Made by a program: the position numbers and the translations under genes. Below the pieces are notes generated by a model. It saw nothing but the letters and a program-made list of their open reading frames with translations. It searched no databases and was not told the origin of the DNA. From Antedon mediterranea (taxonomy: Eukaryota > Animalia > Echinodermata): a DNA stretch of 64,000 nt. Shown in pieces: positions 51,401-58,833 of the stretch (position 1 is its first letter; each line of letters opens with the position of its first letter). The stretch spans positions 35,908,304 to 35,972,303 of the forward strand of contig NC_092671.1 in assembly GCF_964355755.1 (NCBI RefSeq), written 5' to 3'.

Positions 51401-54130
51401 ACTTTTATGACTTCTGTCTGCTTTTGGTGTGTTCGACATCAAATTTTAAATCATCCAATTCAATTTGCCTTCTAACCATTTTAAAAAGATAAATCAACTT
51501 TTGGATTATTCCCTCGGTAATAAATCATCATCATAATTTTTCCCCGCCGTACTGTCTATTAACAATCCATGAGAAGTGACATTACATTTCAATTCTAACC
51601 ATTTAAGAATAAAACGCCTGATAAAAATGATTAAATGCTTGATAGATTTACTAAGCTTATAAGTAATTTTTTTCATTTGGTAGAAAAAGAATCTAATCAT
51701 TCCCACACACAGGAAGCAAAAAGAATCACAAACGAAGCAGAACAGAGCTAACTACGTCGATGCTTCTGGTGTGGAATGCACCGTTAAGTGACAACTGTGG
51801 AAGTTAGACTGAAGGTCTGTAGGTACAAAAGACCAATATATTTTATTCGCAAGAAGATTCCCGGCTTAAGCCAACACTATTGATAAAACTATCTGAATAT
51901 GCCCTGACTTAAGCCAAAACTATTGATAAAACTATCCAAGTATGCCCCGACTTAAACCAAAACTATTGATAAAACTATTTGAATATGCCTACATTCATTT
52001 ATGATATCAAGGCCTTCACACTGTGGTATTCACAGAAAGGGATAACCATTTGGTATTTATTGTTTACTTTGACAATACACCTCACCCTTGGCAAACTTTT
52101 AAATATTTTAATAAATAGAAATAAACCCACATAAATCCTTCTAATGATCAGTAAAAACCTGCTTAAAAACGTAATAATTTTTAATTCAATAGAGATTGGG
52201 AAATTAATTGAAACACTTTGTAGTTCTCTCAAAGGTAACTATGCGATTTTGAAACCAAATATGAGAAACTATACCTACAACAGTCAAACATTTACAGATT
52301 ATGCAATTTTGGAAATTATTGTACATTGTATGTTAGAAAAGAGAAAAGAACCAAAAGAAAGCTATAGATATTATAGAAAATCCAAAAAGATGCTATAGAT
52401 ATATATATATATATATATATATATAAATCCAAAGGCAAATTACTGAGAAAAATGACAATGCTGTGGGTATCAGTGGCTGGATCTCAATGGAGATACAAAA
52501 ATAAAAAGCGAAAAGCTAAATCAAAACGATAAAGTAAACAGCCAGAAAAGTTAGCAGAGCTTTCGGGCAACACTAGCCCTTCATCAGTGCTTTTTTGTAT
52601 CTCCATTGAGATCCAGCCACTGATACTGATACCCACAGCATTGTCATTTGTTCAGTAATTTGCCTTTGGATTTACATCATTTTTTCACCTATCCTACCTG
52701 AGAAAACAGTAAAAACACTAATTTATATAGAGATAGCAGAATAGATAAGGTTCTTGAAAAAAAAAGAAAAAGAGAAGAAGAAGATCAGCAGTTATCTTTA
52801 AATAAAAATAACAAACAGCTGAAAATATAAAGAACTTAAGGGAAGGAAGATACTGTAGTATTTTATTTCTCAATATCTGACTTTTTTGCATGATCAAATT
52901 CCATCAAACTTCAGACAAATTAGTACAAAGGCCATATTCCATGTTCACAATAAGGGTCCAATTGGTTAGGCCTCATTCGGCCAGTCTACACTTTACCTCC
53001 TGTAGATCGCCAATAGCCCTCCAATCAGCAAAACACACACATGGCAATTATGGGCAAAAAAAACTTTTGTGTGTATCCACGTAGTTGACGTTAATTTAGC
53101 GTTAATCAACAGGGATGACGTCTGACATATTACTGATGGCTAAATTTAGATTCCTTCGAGGCATAATTGATGCGATGATTTCAATTGGAGATGAAGTAGC
53201 TTCAATTTAAACTTGTCACGATTCTTGTCAAATTCCTTCACATTCGCCCGTTCGATGATATCCTTTTTTGTCGTGTAATTCCCGGAGGAGTGTTTTCTTT
53301 TCGAAAATCTGGTGATAACCAGCAGGATGATGCATGGACAGGTGGTCCAATTGTAAATAACAAGAAAAAACCTAGGATCAACCTTTCATCCTACTATGGA
53401 AGACTAGCAATTGTTCAACACATGACAAATATCAAAGCCATATGTTTCCTACAACATTAACTGTGATTCCATTGTTATATTAGGAATAAAACAAATCTTT
53501 GTTTTATAATTAACTGCCAGACTGCAGGGTTTTATATTTGAAATATTAGAAATTGTATCAATAATGTTACTGAATGTAATCAAACAAAAGGCAACAACAT
53601 TCATATCATACATATGGAACACAGACACAAATGCTCTTTACCGGAGTTCACAGCGCAACATGAAAAGAATAACCATTGATATCGGTGAGTTTTCAGGAGA
53701 GATTTGAATATTGTCCAAAATTAATGACCTATGTATTTAAAATTTGCCAATCATCATTAATTGATTTGATAATACAGCTCTTATAAATACTCCAAAATAG
53801 AATTTAATCAATACAATAACATGTTGGTATTTTGACAGTATCATAATTAACAAAGAGCCGATTTCTATAATTACTGCAATCAAGTGATAATTACTAGGAT
53901 TAGGTATTTTTACATCATGAAATTACATATTGATTGATGACATTAAGTCATATATGACTATAGCAGACACATTAAAATTAATCGCATAATCCCTTACCGT
54001 GATATGTGATCGGGTCCAATCGTCTGCGGTCACACTCCATCGCCGTGATGACGTCATCATCATCGGTTAAACCTTGTTTGATGTTGACGGATAAACTTAT
54101 AAATATCGCAATAATATATTTAATTTCCAT
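394..54130 (-). CDS. SEMA5: Semaphorin-5-like gene (multi-exon, 15 coding exons in window, 3' part runs off the left edge)
   Basis: The spliced translation is open throughout ([10 protein letters not shown]...VIVGARDNLFRL...CNYIRVM...[11 protein letters not shown]...[15 protein letters not shown]...[17 protein letters not shown]...[14 protein letters not shown]...[21 protein letters not shown]...SAVCAF...CIVEEINL). It follows the Sema domain of class-5 semaphorins as I remember them. The class-defining TSP1 repeats lie outside the window. Confidence 0.88.
885..1013. mobile_element. Harbinger-type MITE family A (left TIR lost)
   Basis: CACTACCATATTTG repeats, right TIR AGTTTGATAGTGTAGACAG. 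Confidence 0.8.
1730..1875 (+). mobile_element. LINE 3' tail fragment with (CAAA)n end
   Basis: GGACCCCAATGGAAA...TTGGGTTGTCC motif, then AATAAA and (ACAA)n. Confidence 0.5.
2629..2783. mobile_element. Harbinger-type MITE family A
   Basis: TIR AGCTCTGTCTACACTATCAAACT. Confidence 0.85.
2835..3055. mobile_element. Harbinger-type MITE family A (interrupted)
   Basis: Family sequence with an insert of about 57 bp. Confidence 0.75.
5112..5218. mobile_element. Harbinger-type MITE family A (right part deleted)
   Basis: Left TIR and internal repeats only. Confidence 0.8.
5219..5364 (-). mobile_element. Short 3' tail fragment of a LINE/SINE
   Basis: The minus strand ends AATAAAATCAAATCAAA. It shares the GGAC..CC.ATTGGAA...AATGGGCTATCC motif with the tail at 1730-1875. 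Confidence 0.55.
5365..5460 (+). repeat. 5' LTR remnant (last 96 bp only)
   Basis: Identical by eye to 10491-10586; ends TTTACA directly before the PBS. Confidence 0.93.
5462..5471 (+). promoter_or_regulatory. Primer binding site TGGCGACGAG (tRNA-Ser(GCU) 3' end complement)
   Basis: Lies 1 nt after the LTR CA; complementary to ...CUCGUCGCCA of animal tRNA-Ser(GCU). Confidence 0.8.
5486..6691 (+). CDS. gag: Gypsy Gag-protease (two CCHC zinc knuckles, LIDSGASVN aspartic protease)
   Basis: [14 protein letters not shown] and [14 protein letters not shown]; DSGA motif; ORF ends after a +1 frameshift at about 6681-6683. Confidence 0.93.
   Translation: MAFQVSPIAGFDTTDSQALGQRWEKWRKSFELYIVASNVKNNQQKKAILLHTAGEGVQELFETLTKEDDTYEKAIEALNAYFLPKKNVAFERHVYRQAVQENGETMDSFATRLKKLIKTCEYETELEKDMIRDQIIEKCRSKKLRIRLLREEKLTLDKALEIARAHELADTQAHQMEASRLQTTQQQQGSVEGAYAMSQNNRREASRDGNRKKWAESKKSYSSASSSSGGDKTCYRCGKPGHIAKACSVVNNKKCHNCGKSGHFAVVCQSKKPSNHSRKSKPRKVYQTTTNSSSDSDTDNSETLFVIKTKDTKPLCTVNVNGKDVRCLIDSGASVNIINYDIARELNIKIRPSKMKVYTYGSKEPLRVKGEFDAYVHYGKKGINTTFVVIDNKECCTILWV
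6684..7763 (+). pseudogene. pol: Gypsy pol 5' part: reverse transcriptase and start of RNase H (frameshifted, interrupted)
   Basis: [44 protein letters not shown], ...VITDA. Confidence 0.93.
7764..8686 (+). mobile_element. 5'-truncated non-LTR retrotransposon (Rex1/Babar-like LINE) nested in gypsy RNase H
   Basis: KYADDT, WC...[33 protein letters not shown]; stop at 8510; 3'UTR with AATAAA and a (TCTTGAA)3 tail; ATGCT duplicated at 7759-7763 and 8687-8691. Confidence 0.92.
8692..10296 (+). pseudogene. pol: Gypsy pol 3' part: RNase H and integrase (orphaned by the LINE insertion)
   Basis: [30 protein letters not shown]; HHCC (HEGHQG...CQAC); DDE motifs IDLCGP, SDNGPQF, NGEVER. Confidence 0.93.
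10357..10370 (+). promoter_or_regulatory. Polypurine tract
   Basis: GAGAAAAGAAGGGA directly before the TGTAG of the 3' LTR. Confidence 0.85.
10371..10586 (+). repeat. 3' LTR (216 bp, TG...CA)
   Basis: TGTAGTG...TTTACA; AATAAA at 10469-10474. Confidence 0.92.
10636..10715 (-). CDS. SEMA5: Semaphorin coding exon 14
   Basis: ctcag|[26 protein letters not shown]|gtaag; 80 nt. Confidence 0.9.
11267..11423. mobile_element. Harbinger-type MITE family A
   Basis: Both TIRs; TAA duplication. Confidence 0.88.
11703..11773 (-). CDS. SEMA5: Semaphorin coding exon 13
   Basis: tctag|[23 protein letters not shown](E)|gtaaa; 71 nt; phases match both neighbours. Confidence 0.88.
11970..12132. mobile_element. 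Tc1/mariner (pogo-like) MITE
   Basis: TA-CAGCAGAATCC ... GGACTCTGCTG-TA. Confidence 0.6.
12859..13152 (-). mobile_element. tRNA-derived SINE with Meta-like central domain
   Basis: Minus strand: A box, B box GGTTCGAATCC, CCTTAGGCAAGATACTT...CTCTCTCCACCCAGGTGTATAAATGGGTACC core, (ATT)n tail. Confidence 0.8.
13789..13925 (-). CDS. SEMA5: Semaphorin coding exon 12
   Basis: ttcag|[45 protein letters not shown](R)|gtac; 137 nt. Confidence 0.9.
14309..14493. mobile_element. Harbinger-type MITE family A (interrupted)
   Basis: Both TIRs; TTA duplication; insert at 14425-14471. Confidence 0.8.
15013..15145 (-). CDS. SEMA5: Semaphorin coding exon 11
   Basis: tctag|[44 protein letters not shown]|gtatg; 133 nt. 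Confidence 0.93.
15153..15234. repeat. 41-bp tandem duplication next to the exon 11 acceptor
   Basis: AATAAAATAAATAATCTTTATCAAATGAAAAAACATG twice. Confidence 0.85.
15461..15630 (+). mobile_element. Short tRNA-derived SINE with (TTCAA)n tail
   Basis: A box TGGCCGAGCGG, B box GGTTCGAGGC, GGAGTGA/TCACTCC acceptor-like stem, pentamer tail. Confidence 0.75.
15673..15730 (-). CDS. SEMA5: Semaphorin coding exon 10
   Basis: tatag|(Q)[18 protein letters not shown](R)|gtatg; 58 nt. Confidence 0.9.
16228..16574 (+). mobile_element. TTAA-associated MITE (Kolobok-like), copy 1
   Basis: TIR AGATGTATTGTCCCC / GGGGACAATACATCT; TTAA at the left end. Confidence 0.75.
16650..16838 (-). mobile_element. tRNA-derived SINE family B, copy 1
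   Basis: Minus strand TAGCTTGGTGG ... CTTCCAA ... GGTTCAATCC; homologous to 18660-18866 and 30118-30439. Confidence 0.75.
17675..17812. mobile_element. Harbinger-type MITE family A (right TIR lost)
   Basis: Left TIR and internal repeats. Confidence 0.8.
18660..18866 (-). mobile_element. tRNA-derived SINE family B, copy 2
   Basis: Homologous to 16650-16838. Confidence 0.72.
18873..18981 (-). CDS. SEMA5: Semaphorin coding exon 9
   Basis: catag|[36 protein letters not shown]|gtaag; 109 nt. Confidence 0.95.
19011..19317 (+). mobile_element. Kolobok-like MITE, copy 2
   Basis: Shares TTTTTGGTCAAAGTG.ATAACTATTATGT and degenerate TIRs with copy 1. Confidence 0.7.
21521..21640 (+). mobile_element. 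Penelope-like terminal repeat fragment
   Basis: Hammerhead plus shared body ATCCAGCCACTGATACCCACAGCATTGTCA. Confidence 0.65.
21522..21558 (+). ncRNA. Minimal type-I hammerhead ribozyme (Penelope-type)
   Basis: GCA-CUGAUGA-A-GGGC(UAGUGUU)GCCC-GAA-AGCU-C-UGC; complete core, palindromic AGCU stem III. Confidence 0.75.
22371..22555 (+). mobile_element. Penelope-like terminal repeat fragment
   Basis: Longer copy of the same repeat. Confidence 0.65.
22372..22408 (+). ncRNA. Minimal type-I hammerhead ribozyme, copy 2
   Basis: Same as 21522-21558 but with GCCU (G.U pair) in stem II. Confidence 0.7.
23181..23341. mobile_element. Harbinger-type MITE family A
   Basis: Both TIRs; TAA/TTA flanks. Confidence 0.88.
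24444..24476 (-). CDS. SEMA5: Semaphorin coding exon 8 (33-nt micro-exon)
   Basis: tttag|[11 protein letters not shown]|gtaag. Confidence 0.92.
26993..27064. mobile_element. Harbinger-type MITE family A (half)
   Basis: ATGTCCATATATGGGCAC...GATAGTGTAGACAGAGCT. Confidence 0.75.
29308..29427. mobile_element. Harbinger-type MITE family A (internally deleted)
   Basis: Degenerate TIRs. Confidence 0.7.
30118..30439 (-). mobile_element. tRNA-derived SINE family B, copy 3, with internal minisatellite
   Basis: Homologous head and tail; the centre is replaced by 23-bp repeats. Confidence 0.75.
30208..30382. repeat. 23-bp minisatellite (TAGGTCAGGATTGACCTTGATAC) x7.6
   Basis: Units start every 23 bp from 30208 to 30369, with one substitution. 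Confidence 0.95.
31322..31505. mobile_element. Harbinger-type MITE family A (three internal 21-bp repeats)
   Basis: Both TIRs; (CCAAATATGGTAGTGATAT..)x3. Confidence 0.88.
31633..32840 (+). mobile_element. Non-autonomous Helitron (about 1.2 kb)
   Basis: A|TCTATATATA 5' end; 3' GC-rich hairpin CTAGATGGTACGCGAGCGAAGCGAGCGTACCATCTAG|T; no TSD; interior is CpG-richer than the flanks. Confidence 0.7.
33093..33229. mobile_element. Harbinger-type MITE family A
   Basis: Both TIRs; TAA flanks. Confidence 0.85.
35966..36054 (-). CDS. SEMA5: Semaphorin coding exon 7
   Basis: tttcag|(E)[29 protein letters not shown]|gtgag; 89 nt. Confidence 0.95.
36105..36228. mobile_element. PIF/Harbinger-type MITE, second family
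   Basis: TIR AGCTTGGTTCCC(G/A)CTA with a TTA duplication on both sides. Confidence 0.75.
37680..37843. mobile_element. Harbinger-type MITE family A
   Basis: Both TIRs. Confidence 0.85.
38958..39171 (-). CDS. SEMA5: Semaphorin coding exon 6
   Basis: cacag|ISNLTEV...[17 protein letters not shown]...[12 protein letters not shown]|gtaat; 214 nt. Confidence 0.95.
39382..39480 (-). CDS. SEMA5: Semaphorin coding exon 5
   Basis: ctcag|[33 protein letters not shown]|gtttg; 99 nt. Confidence 0.93.
41143..41524. mobile_element. Foldback-type non-autonomous DNA element
   Basis: About 130-bp near-perfect inverted arms (TATATGGAACGCCGTTTACGCAAC...) around 14-bp tandem repeats CATTTCATTCAAAA. Confidence 0.85.
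42031..42281 (-). mobile_element. Kolobok-like MITE, copy 3 (inverted, decayed)
   Basis: ATGTATTGTCCC left end; reverse-complement similarity to copy 1. Confidence 0.6.
43043..43105 (-). CDS. SEMA5: Semaphorin coding exon 4
   Basis: tttcag|[21 protein letters not shown]|gtaag; 63 nt. Confidence 0.9.
43140..43277 (+). mobile_element. Rex1-like LINE 3' tail fragment
   Basis: GCAAA..GAATTTC...GACAATAAA followed by (CTTGA)3, resembling the 3' end at 8630-8686. Confidence 0.5.
43509..44100. repeat. 63-bp identical direct repeats (43509-43571, 44038-44100) flanking a 466-bp unique insert
   Basis: CAATAATTGTTATTATTTAATAGTTGAAAAACTCAAGTACCAATGTATAATACAAATTACAAC occurs twice. Confidence 0.92.
44761..44938. 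mobile_element. Harbinger-type MITE family A with duplicated right end
   Basis: One left TIR, two right TIRs. Confidence 0.8.
45290..45422 (+). mobile_element. CR1/L2-like LINE 3' tail fragment
   Basis: GGGCC...GATCAGTT...AACTG...GGCTACCCT stem-loop followed by (AATA)n. Confidence 0.45.
47444..47612 (+). mobile_element. Kolobok-like MITE, right-half fragment
   Basis: CCAGTTTTTGGTCAAAGTGAATAACTATTA...GGGGACAGTATGTCTTTAA. Confidence 0.65.
48360..48405 (-). CDS. SEMA5: Semaphorin coding exon 3
   Basis: tatag|(R)[15 protein letters not shown]|gtgag; 46 nt. Confidence 0.88.
48864..48966 (-). CDS. SEMA5: Semaphorin coding exon 2
   Basis: tttcag|(E)[33 protein letters not shown](R)|gtatg; 103 nt, phase 1 to 2. 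Confidence 0.9.
49897..50054. mobile_element. Harbinger-type MITE family A
   Basis: Both TIRs. Confidence 0.85.
50103..50175. mobile_element. Harbinger-type MITE family A (73-bp deletion derivative)
   Basis: Both TIRs; interior mostly lost. Confidence 0.8.
50436..50625. repeat. 39-bp inverted repeat followed by two more tandem copies of the right arm
   Basis: 50436-50474 pairs with 50487-50525; AATAAAATGAACAAAAGAAGTT recurs downstream. Confidence 0.85.
51861..51989. repeat. 43-bp tandem repeat x3
   Basis: Units start at 51861, 51904 and 51947 (CTTAAGCCAAAACTATTGATAAAACTAT...ATATGCC). Confidence 0.88.
52424..52725. mobile_element. Penelope-like terminal repeats in inverted arrangement
   Basis: A minus copy (52424-52590) abuts a plus partial copy (52591-52725); a (TA)n run lies at 52399-52424. 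Confidence 0.7.
52554..52590 (-). ncRNA. Minimal type-I hammerhead ribozyme, copy 3
   Basis: Exact reverse complement of 21522-21558. Confidence 0.75.
53998..54130 (-). CDS. SEMA5: Semaphorin coding exon 1 (start codon, signal peptide)
   Basis: ACCATGG Kozak context; [44 protein letters not shown]; donor G|GTAAGG. The exon probably extends as 5'UTR to an acceptor (ctttctttctttcag) at 54443. Confidence 0.85.
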
Positions 54131-55264
54131 GGTATGAAAAGGTTACCAAGAGTATCTTTTAATAAATATAAATTATATAGTAATAGTAGTTTTTGTTTAA
54201 ATATTCTTTCCTTTGTATCCTGTAGTTAATAACGCTAATAATCCATCCAAATAAAATGCAAAATATTGGTTCTCTTCAGGTGATCAGTTTTAAAATTCAA
54301 GTTGTCTTTTAGTCCTCAATGAAATGTCGTCCTTTGTTCTTCCTTGTTCTTTAAGTATGCAGGTATGTTGTACCATCTACCAAGAAAATATGTCCGGGTG
54401 ACTTAGAACTTCCAGATTACCTCCAACATCCTGGGTAGAAATTCTGAAAGAAAGAAAGGTCCAATGAAACAGGTTAATCAACTTCTTACTATAATCTCCT
54501 GGTTTACCTGTACTTATACTGATCTTACGTGTCAATCTAATTTCCTCTATTTACTTTCAACCACAATTTCACCAAGTCATTGTAAATAATGCCCAGCTTT
54601 CCTCAGGGAGTATATCATACAATACTTGTCAAAACCGGCTTTGAAAATCATGTTGTCAGCTATGGTTTTGGCTTAACAAAGGTAGATAAATTGTAAAGAC
54701 AAATTTATAACCACAAGGAAAATATGCCAATGGTTACCATACTCTAAAATAAATAAACATAGACGAATAACAAATAAACAAATTAAATAAGGCAGAAAGT
54801 AATAAATTTAGAATTTAAATATTTTATAATTGATTTTAAAAAGTTTATTTTTAGTGTAGCAACAAATGTTAGGGTTTTTGTGGGTTCATATATTTAATTT
54901 TAAATATTTCATCAAAATGTTAAGTGTCAACAAACTATGGTAGTACTAATTGGAGCATGGTGCTAAAGAACCTTCTCGATTTTATCTGGTTATGCTTGTC
55001 CCTAATTTATTCTCACTTTAAGGGGGGCTTGGGGAAGCATGATAACAACTGTAGTGAAGGTTTGACAACATAATTTGAGAAAAATAAATTTTTAAGCAAG
55101 ATATTTTTTATCATGACAAATTCTTTTACACATATCTTTATCTGAGTGCCTTGAGTTGAAATCAAATGTTGAGAATGTGGTTCTTTCAGACAAGCTACAG
55201 AGTAGGCAAATGAACCCCACCCCCTCCTTTTTTCCCCCTGAAGTGCCCTTTTCAAACTAGAGAT

Positions 55265-55341
55265 CTAGTCTAGTAGGAATATCATATTATACTTTTACTG
55301 CAGTGCAGTAAAAGTATAATATGGTGTTCCTACTAGACTAG
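55265..55341. repeat. 77-bp near-perfect palindrome
   Basis: 38-bp arms, 1-nt spacer, two mismatches. Confidence 0.9.
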
Positions 55342-56775
55342 CTCATTGAAGCTTTTATGAAAAAACACAAATCTCTCTCCTCCCCCTCCCCATTCCTTTT
55401 AAATTAAAGTCATTTAATTGAATTAAAGTAATTTTGGATACTTTCCAACTTAAACTTTCCATCTTATTCAATAGGAAATTTCGAGTGGGCTAATATTAAA
55501 CATAGATAATTGAGCAGTAAACGATTAAGTTATTTGCCTATTGATTAAATTTAAAAAGTTTACTTAAAGGGACTAGAGTTTTGATAAACCTGGATGGCTA
55601 AGATACCAATAGGATATACATTTACACTGGTGATTCATATTATTGGTAACTGAATCTCAGGAAGTTAATGAATGATAGCCTGAATGTTATGTACAACATT
55701 CCTGGTACAGTATACCATCAATTAGGTGCAAAAACTGCCAGGTGATCAGGACATACTGCAATGTTTCTCACAATTTTAGTGGATGGGTTGATGGATTCTT
55801 TTTATAATTCAGGACAGATTTTAATCCTAAAGCCCTTTTCACACAGACCTCTAAATATAATTATTAATATAAAATGGGGTGGGTGGTGACAATTTCAGAC
55901 GAGGTTGGCTACGGCCCTAGACCTGAGATGGTAAAAAAGTGGTGGTATACCATCTTACTAGATGGTCAAAGGGTCAAATGCATTTGCACTATCAAGGTCA
56001 CACAGGACCGCTCTCACACAGGAAGGGGTGTGACCGGCAATATTTTAAGCTTGTTTAACACAATATTACTGCAGTTTATGTGATAAAAATCTTTCTGTGT
56101 TTAATATAAATAGCATAATAATACTATTAATACCTTGGATATGATATCATACTAATCAAACAAAATTATATATATAGTATACCAACTACTTTGTATGCCA
56201 ATTACGTTATTCTACTTTAATTGGCCAATAAATATCGGAAGCTCTTTCAATGAAAGTGCTGAAAAAAAATGAGGGCAAAGGTTACAAACTGTCAAGCACC
56301 ACTTTGCGGTTTTTATAAATGAACAGGAAGTGATATCATAGGTATAAATCAAGTATTTCAAATATGATCTAAAATCTATAAAATACAATTTAAAGTTTTT
56401 TGTAGAATGAATGGTGCTATTCCAGGTCATTCATTTTATTTTTTCCTAATGTATTTAAAAAGTACAATGTACAATAAAATCTAAACATTCAGTCTTTTTC
56501 ATGCCTAGCTTACCTGGATAAACCGATAATGGCCCTTTCTTCTCGAAGAGCGAGATATAAATTGAAATGTTAAACACCCCTTTCCACAAATGGTATAGTC
56601 AATATGTAGAGATTTTGACAAATATTATCTTTTAACATAGAAGCATATAACTTTAATTGTATCCATAACAAATGCTGAGTGTACTGTACTTTCATGAAGC
56701 TCACATTTGGAACACTTTCAAGTTGAAAAAAGTATGTGGGTACTCATGCAGATACAGTGGTGGTAACACTGGCTC

Positions 56776-57008
56776 TTTATCAACCAATATATACAGTAGC
56801 ATTCAATTAAACCTCCTTGATCAAGCATAAGTGACTAGATACTAGACTTAAAGTGTTTTAAAACTGTTAAACAACAAACTGAAATGGTAAAAGTGGATAT
56901 TTACCAACCAATAGATATCATTCAATAAAACCTCCTTGATCAACTAAAGTGTTCGTTCTAGACTTAAAGTGCACTGAAACTATAACAAACTCAGATGCAA
57001 TGGTACAC
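56776..57008. repeat. Diverged tandem duplication of about 120 bp
   Basis: CATTCAAT.AAACCTCCTTGATCAA...CTAGACTTAAAGTG twice. Confidence 0.7.
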
Positions 57009-57493
57009 ACTATTTGACTGGCCATTGCGAATGTTTAGACCCTTACCTAAAGTTTCTGATAAGTGCTAGATATGATGTACAATCATTGAAAATTCCATTC
57101 CGTATATTCCTCCATCCTTATGCAATAATAATTCATACCCTCGTAGGCTCCGTTCGACTACTGTACCTGTAATGTCTATTTCTATCAAAGTCGTAACAGC
57201 TCCCATCAGCTTTTCTATTACCTGTATTACATATACACTTATCAAAACTTAAAGCTTTTCCTTTCCAGTGAGTCAGACATCCTAAGCGCAAAGCATTTAT
57301 TTTATTTTAATCGAATTATCAAAAAATAACTCAATTTATGCAATGAATCTAACTATATACAGAAATAAAATATTTTTGTTTGCTAAATATTCACACATTT
57401 TAAATAGTATTAGAAAATTGATAAAAATCACTATATTAAAATACATTTTATATAATAACTACAATATGAATATTAACAGTAAAAGAAATCTAA

Positions 57494-57654
57494 AGCTCTG
57501 TCTACACACTATCAAATTAGTTTGACAAAAAAGTGTGATGTGCTCAAATATGGTAGTGATATACCCAGATATGGTAGTGATATACCCAAATATGGTAGTG
57601 ATATGACATCATCATGTCCATATATGGGCAAGTTTGATAAGTGTAGACAGAGCA
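57494..57654. mobile_element. Harbinger-type MITE family A
   Basis: Both TIRs; three internal repeats. Confidence 0.85.
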
Positions 57655-58559
57655 TTAGGAGGAGATGGCATTGAACTGTGTGGATGGCCTTTCAAATAGA
57701 AACCAACCATATCTGAGGAAGTCTTTTTTAATTAGAAGAATTTTCATTTGTAATAAAACCAGATTTTTTTAATTTGTATATAATCAAAACATTTAATTTC
57801 TTTTCATCATGTTTAATAAACAGTATAATATTATAAATGTATTCCTTATTTTATTTGTATAAGAATTATTATATATTTCATACTGTTTGTACTGTTTTCC
57901 ATATAGATTATTTTGTAAATTATATTGTTAACATTTTGTAGTGTTATAAATATTGTTTTTTAAATTATGAAAAAGTATGTACAGCTGACTGCTGTGAGTC
58001 CATGGAGGGCCTAATCCGAATTTCCTCAGTTAAGCTTGAGGACAATTTACCAAAAAAAATGTACACTTTTTGATGATTAACATCAATCAAAATTCTTTAA
58101 TTTAAACAATTAATTGTAAAAAACTTGTAAAAATGTTTATTTTTACATCATTCGACTGTGAACATAATTACAATGTCTAGCAGTTCTCGTTAATTATGGT
58201 ATTTTAACAATGTTGGCCTTAGAGAGTAATAACACGGTATAACCTTACATCACACGAAAGGGGTGAAAATCACCTGATATTACATTACATTAGTATAAAT
58301 AAATACAAGCACTTATGCACCACCTGTAAATATATTTAGTTCATGTATTTGTAATCAAATCAGTAGGCACGAAAAAATGATATGTGATATGTCAATTTGG
58401 AAAACGCAGTTACAGAAACTTATTTTAGCAAATCTGTCGGTGGTTGAGAGGTTCTTGCATGCCAATGGATTTAGATTCAGAACTTGATATATATTATATA
58501 ATACAGTATTGGTTGTGTTGCAGCACTATTAAAAGCATGTGTTTAATAGATTGTGTTTT

Positions 58560-58833
58560 AGCCTATGTTCACACTAATAGAGTTATGCCGTATTAGCTGG
58601 TAGCAAGGTAAATTATACAAAATTAAGCTGTTCAGATGCAGGACAACGCTTATAATCACGATGGAAGTTTTTCGTATTTCAGGATTCTTCTTTAGCATCA
58701 TTAGTGTTGTATGCTAAAACCGTCCACTTTAGACAGTTTTCCACTAATACAGTTCAACATTGTAACACATGTACACTATCACTTACTGTGCAGACACAAC
58801 ATTTTCCAGGGTTGTACAATGTGAATAGGACTT
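58560..58833. mobile_element. Decayed PIF/Harbinger-type MITE, third family
   Basis: CCTATGTTCACAC ... TGTGAATAGGAC imperfect TIRs. Confidence 0.35.
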
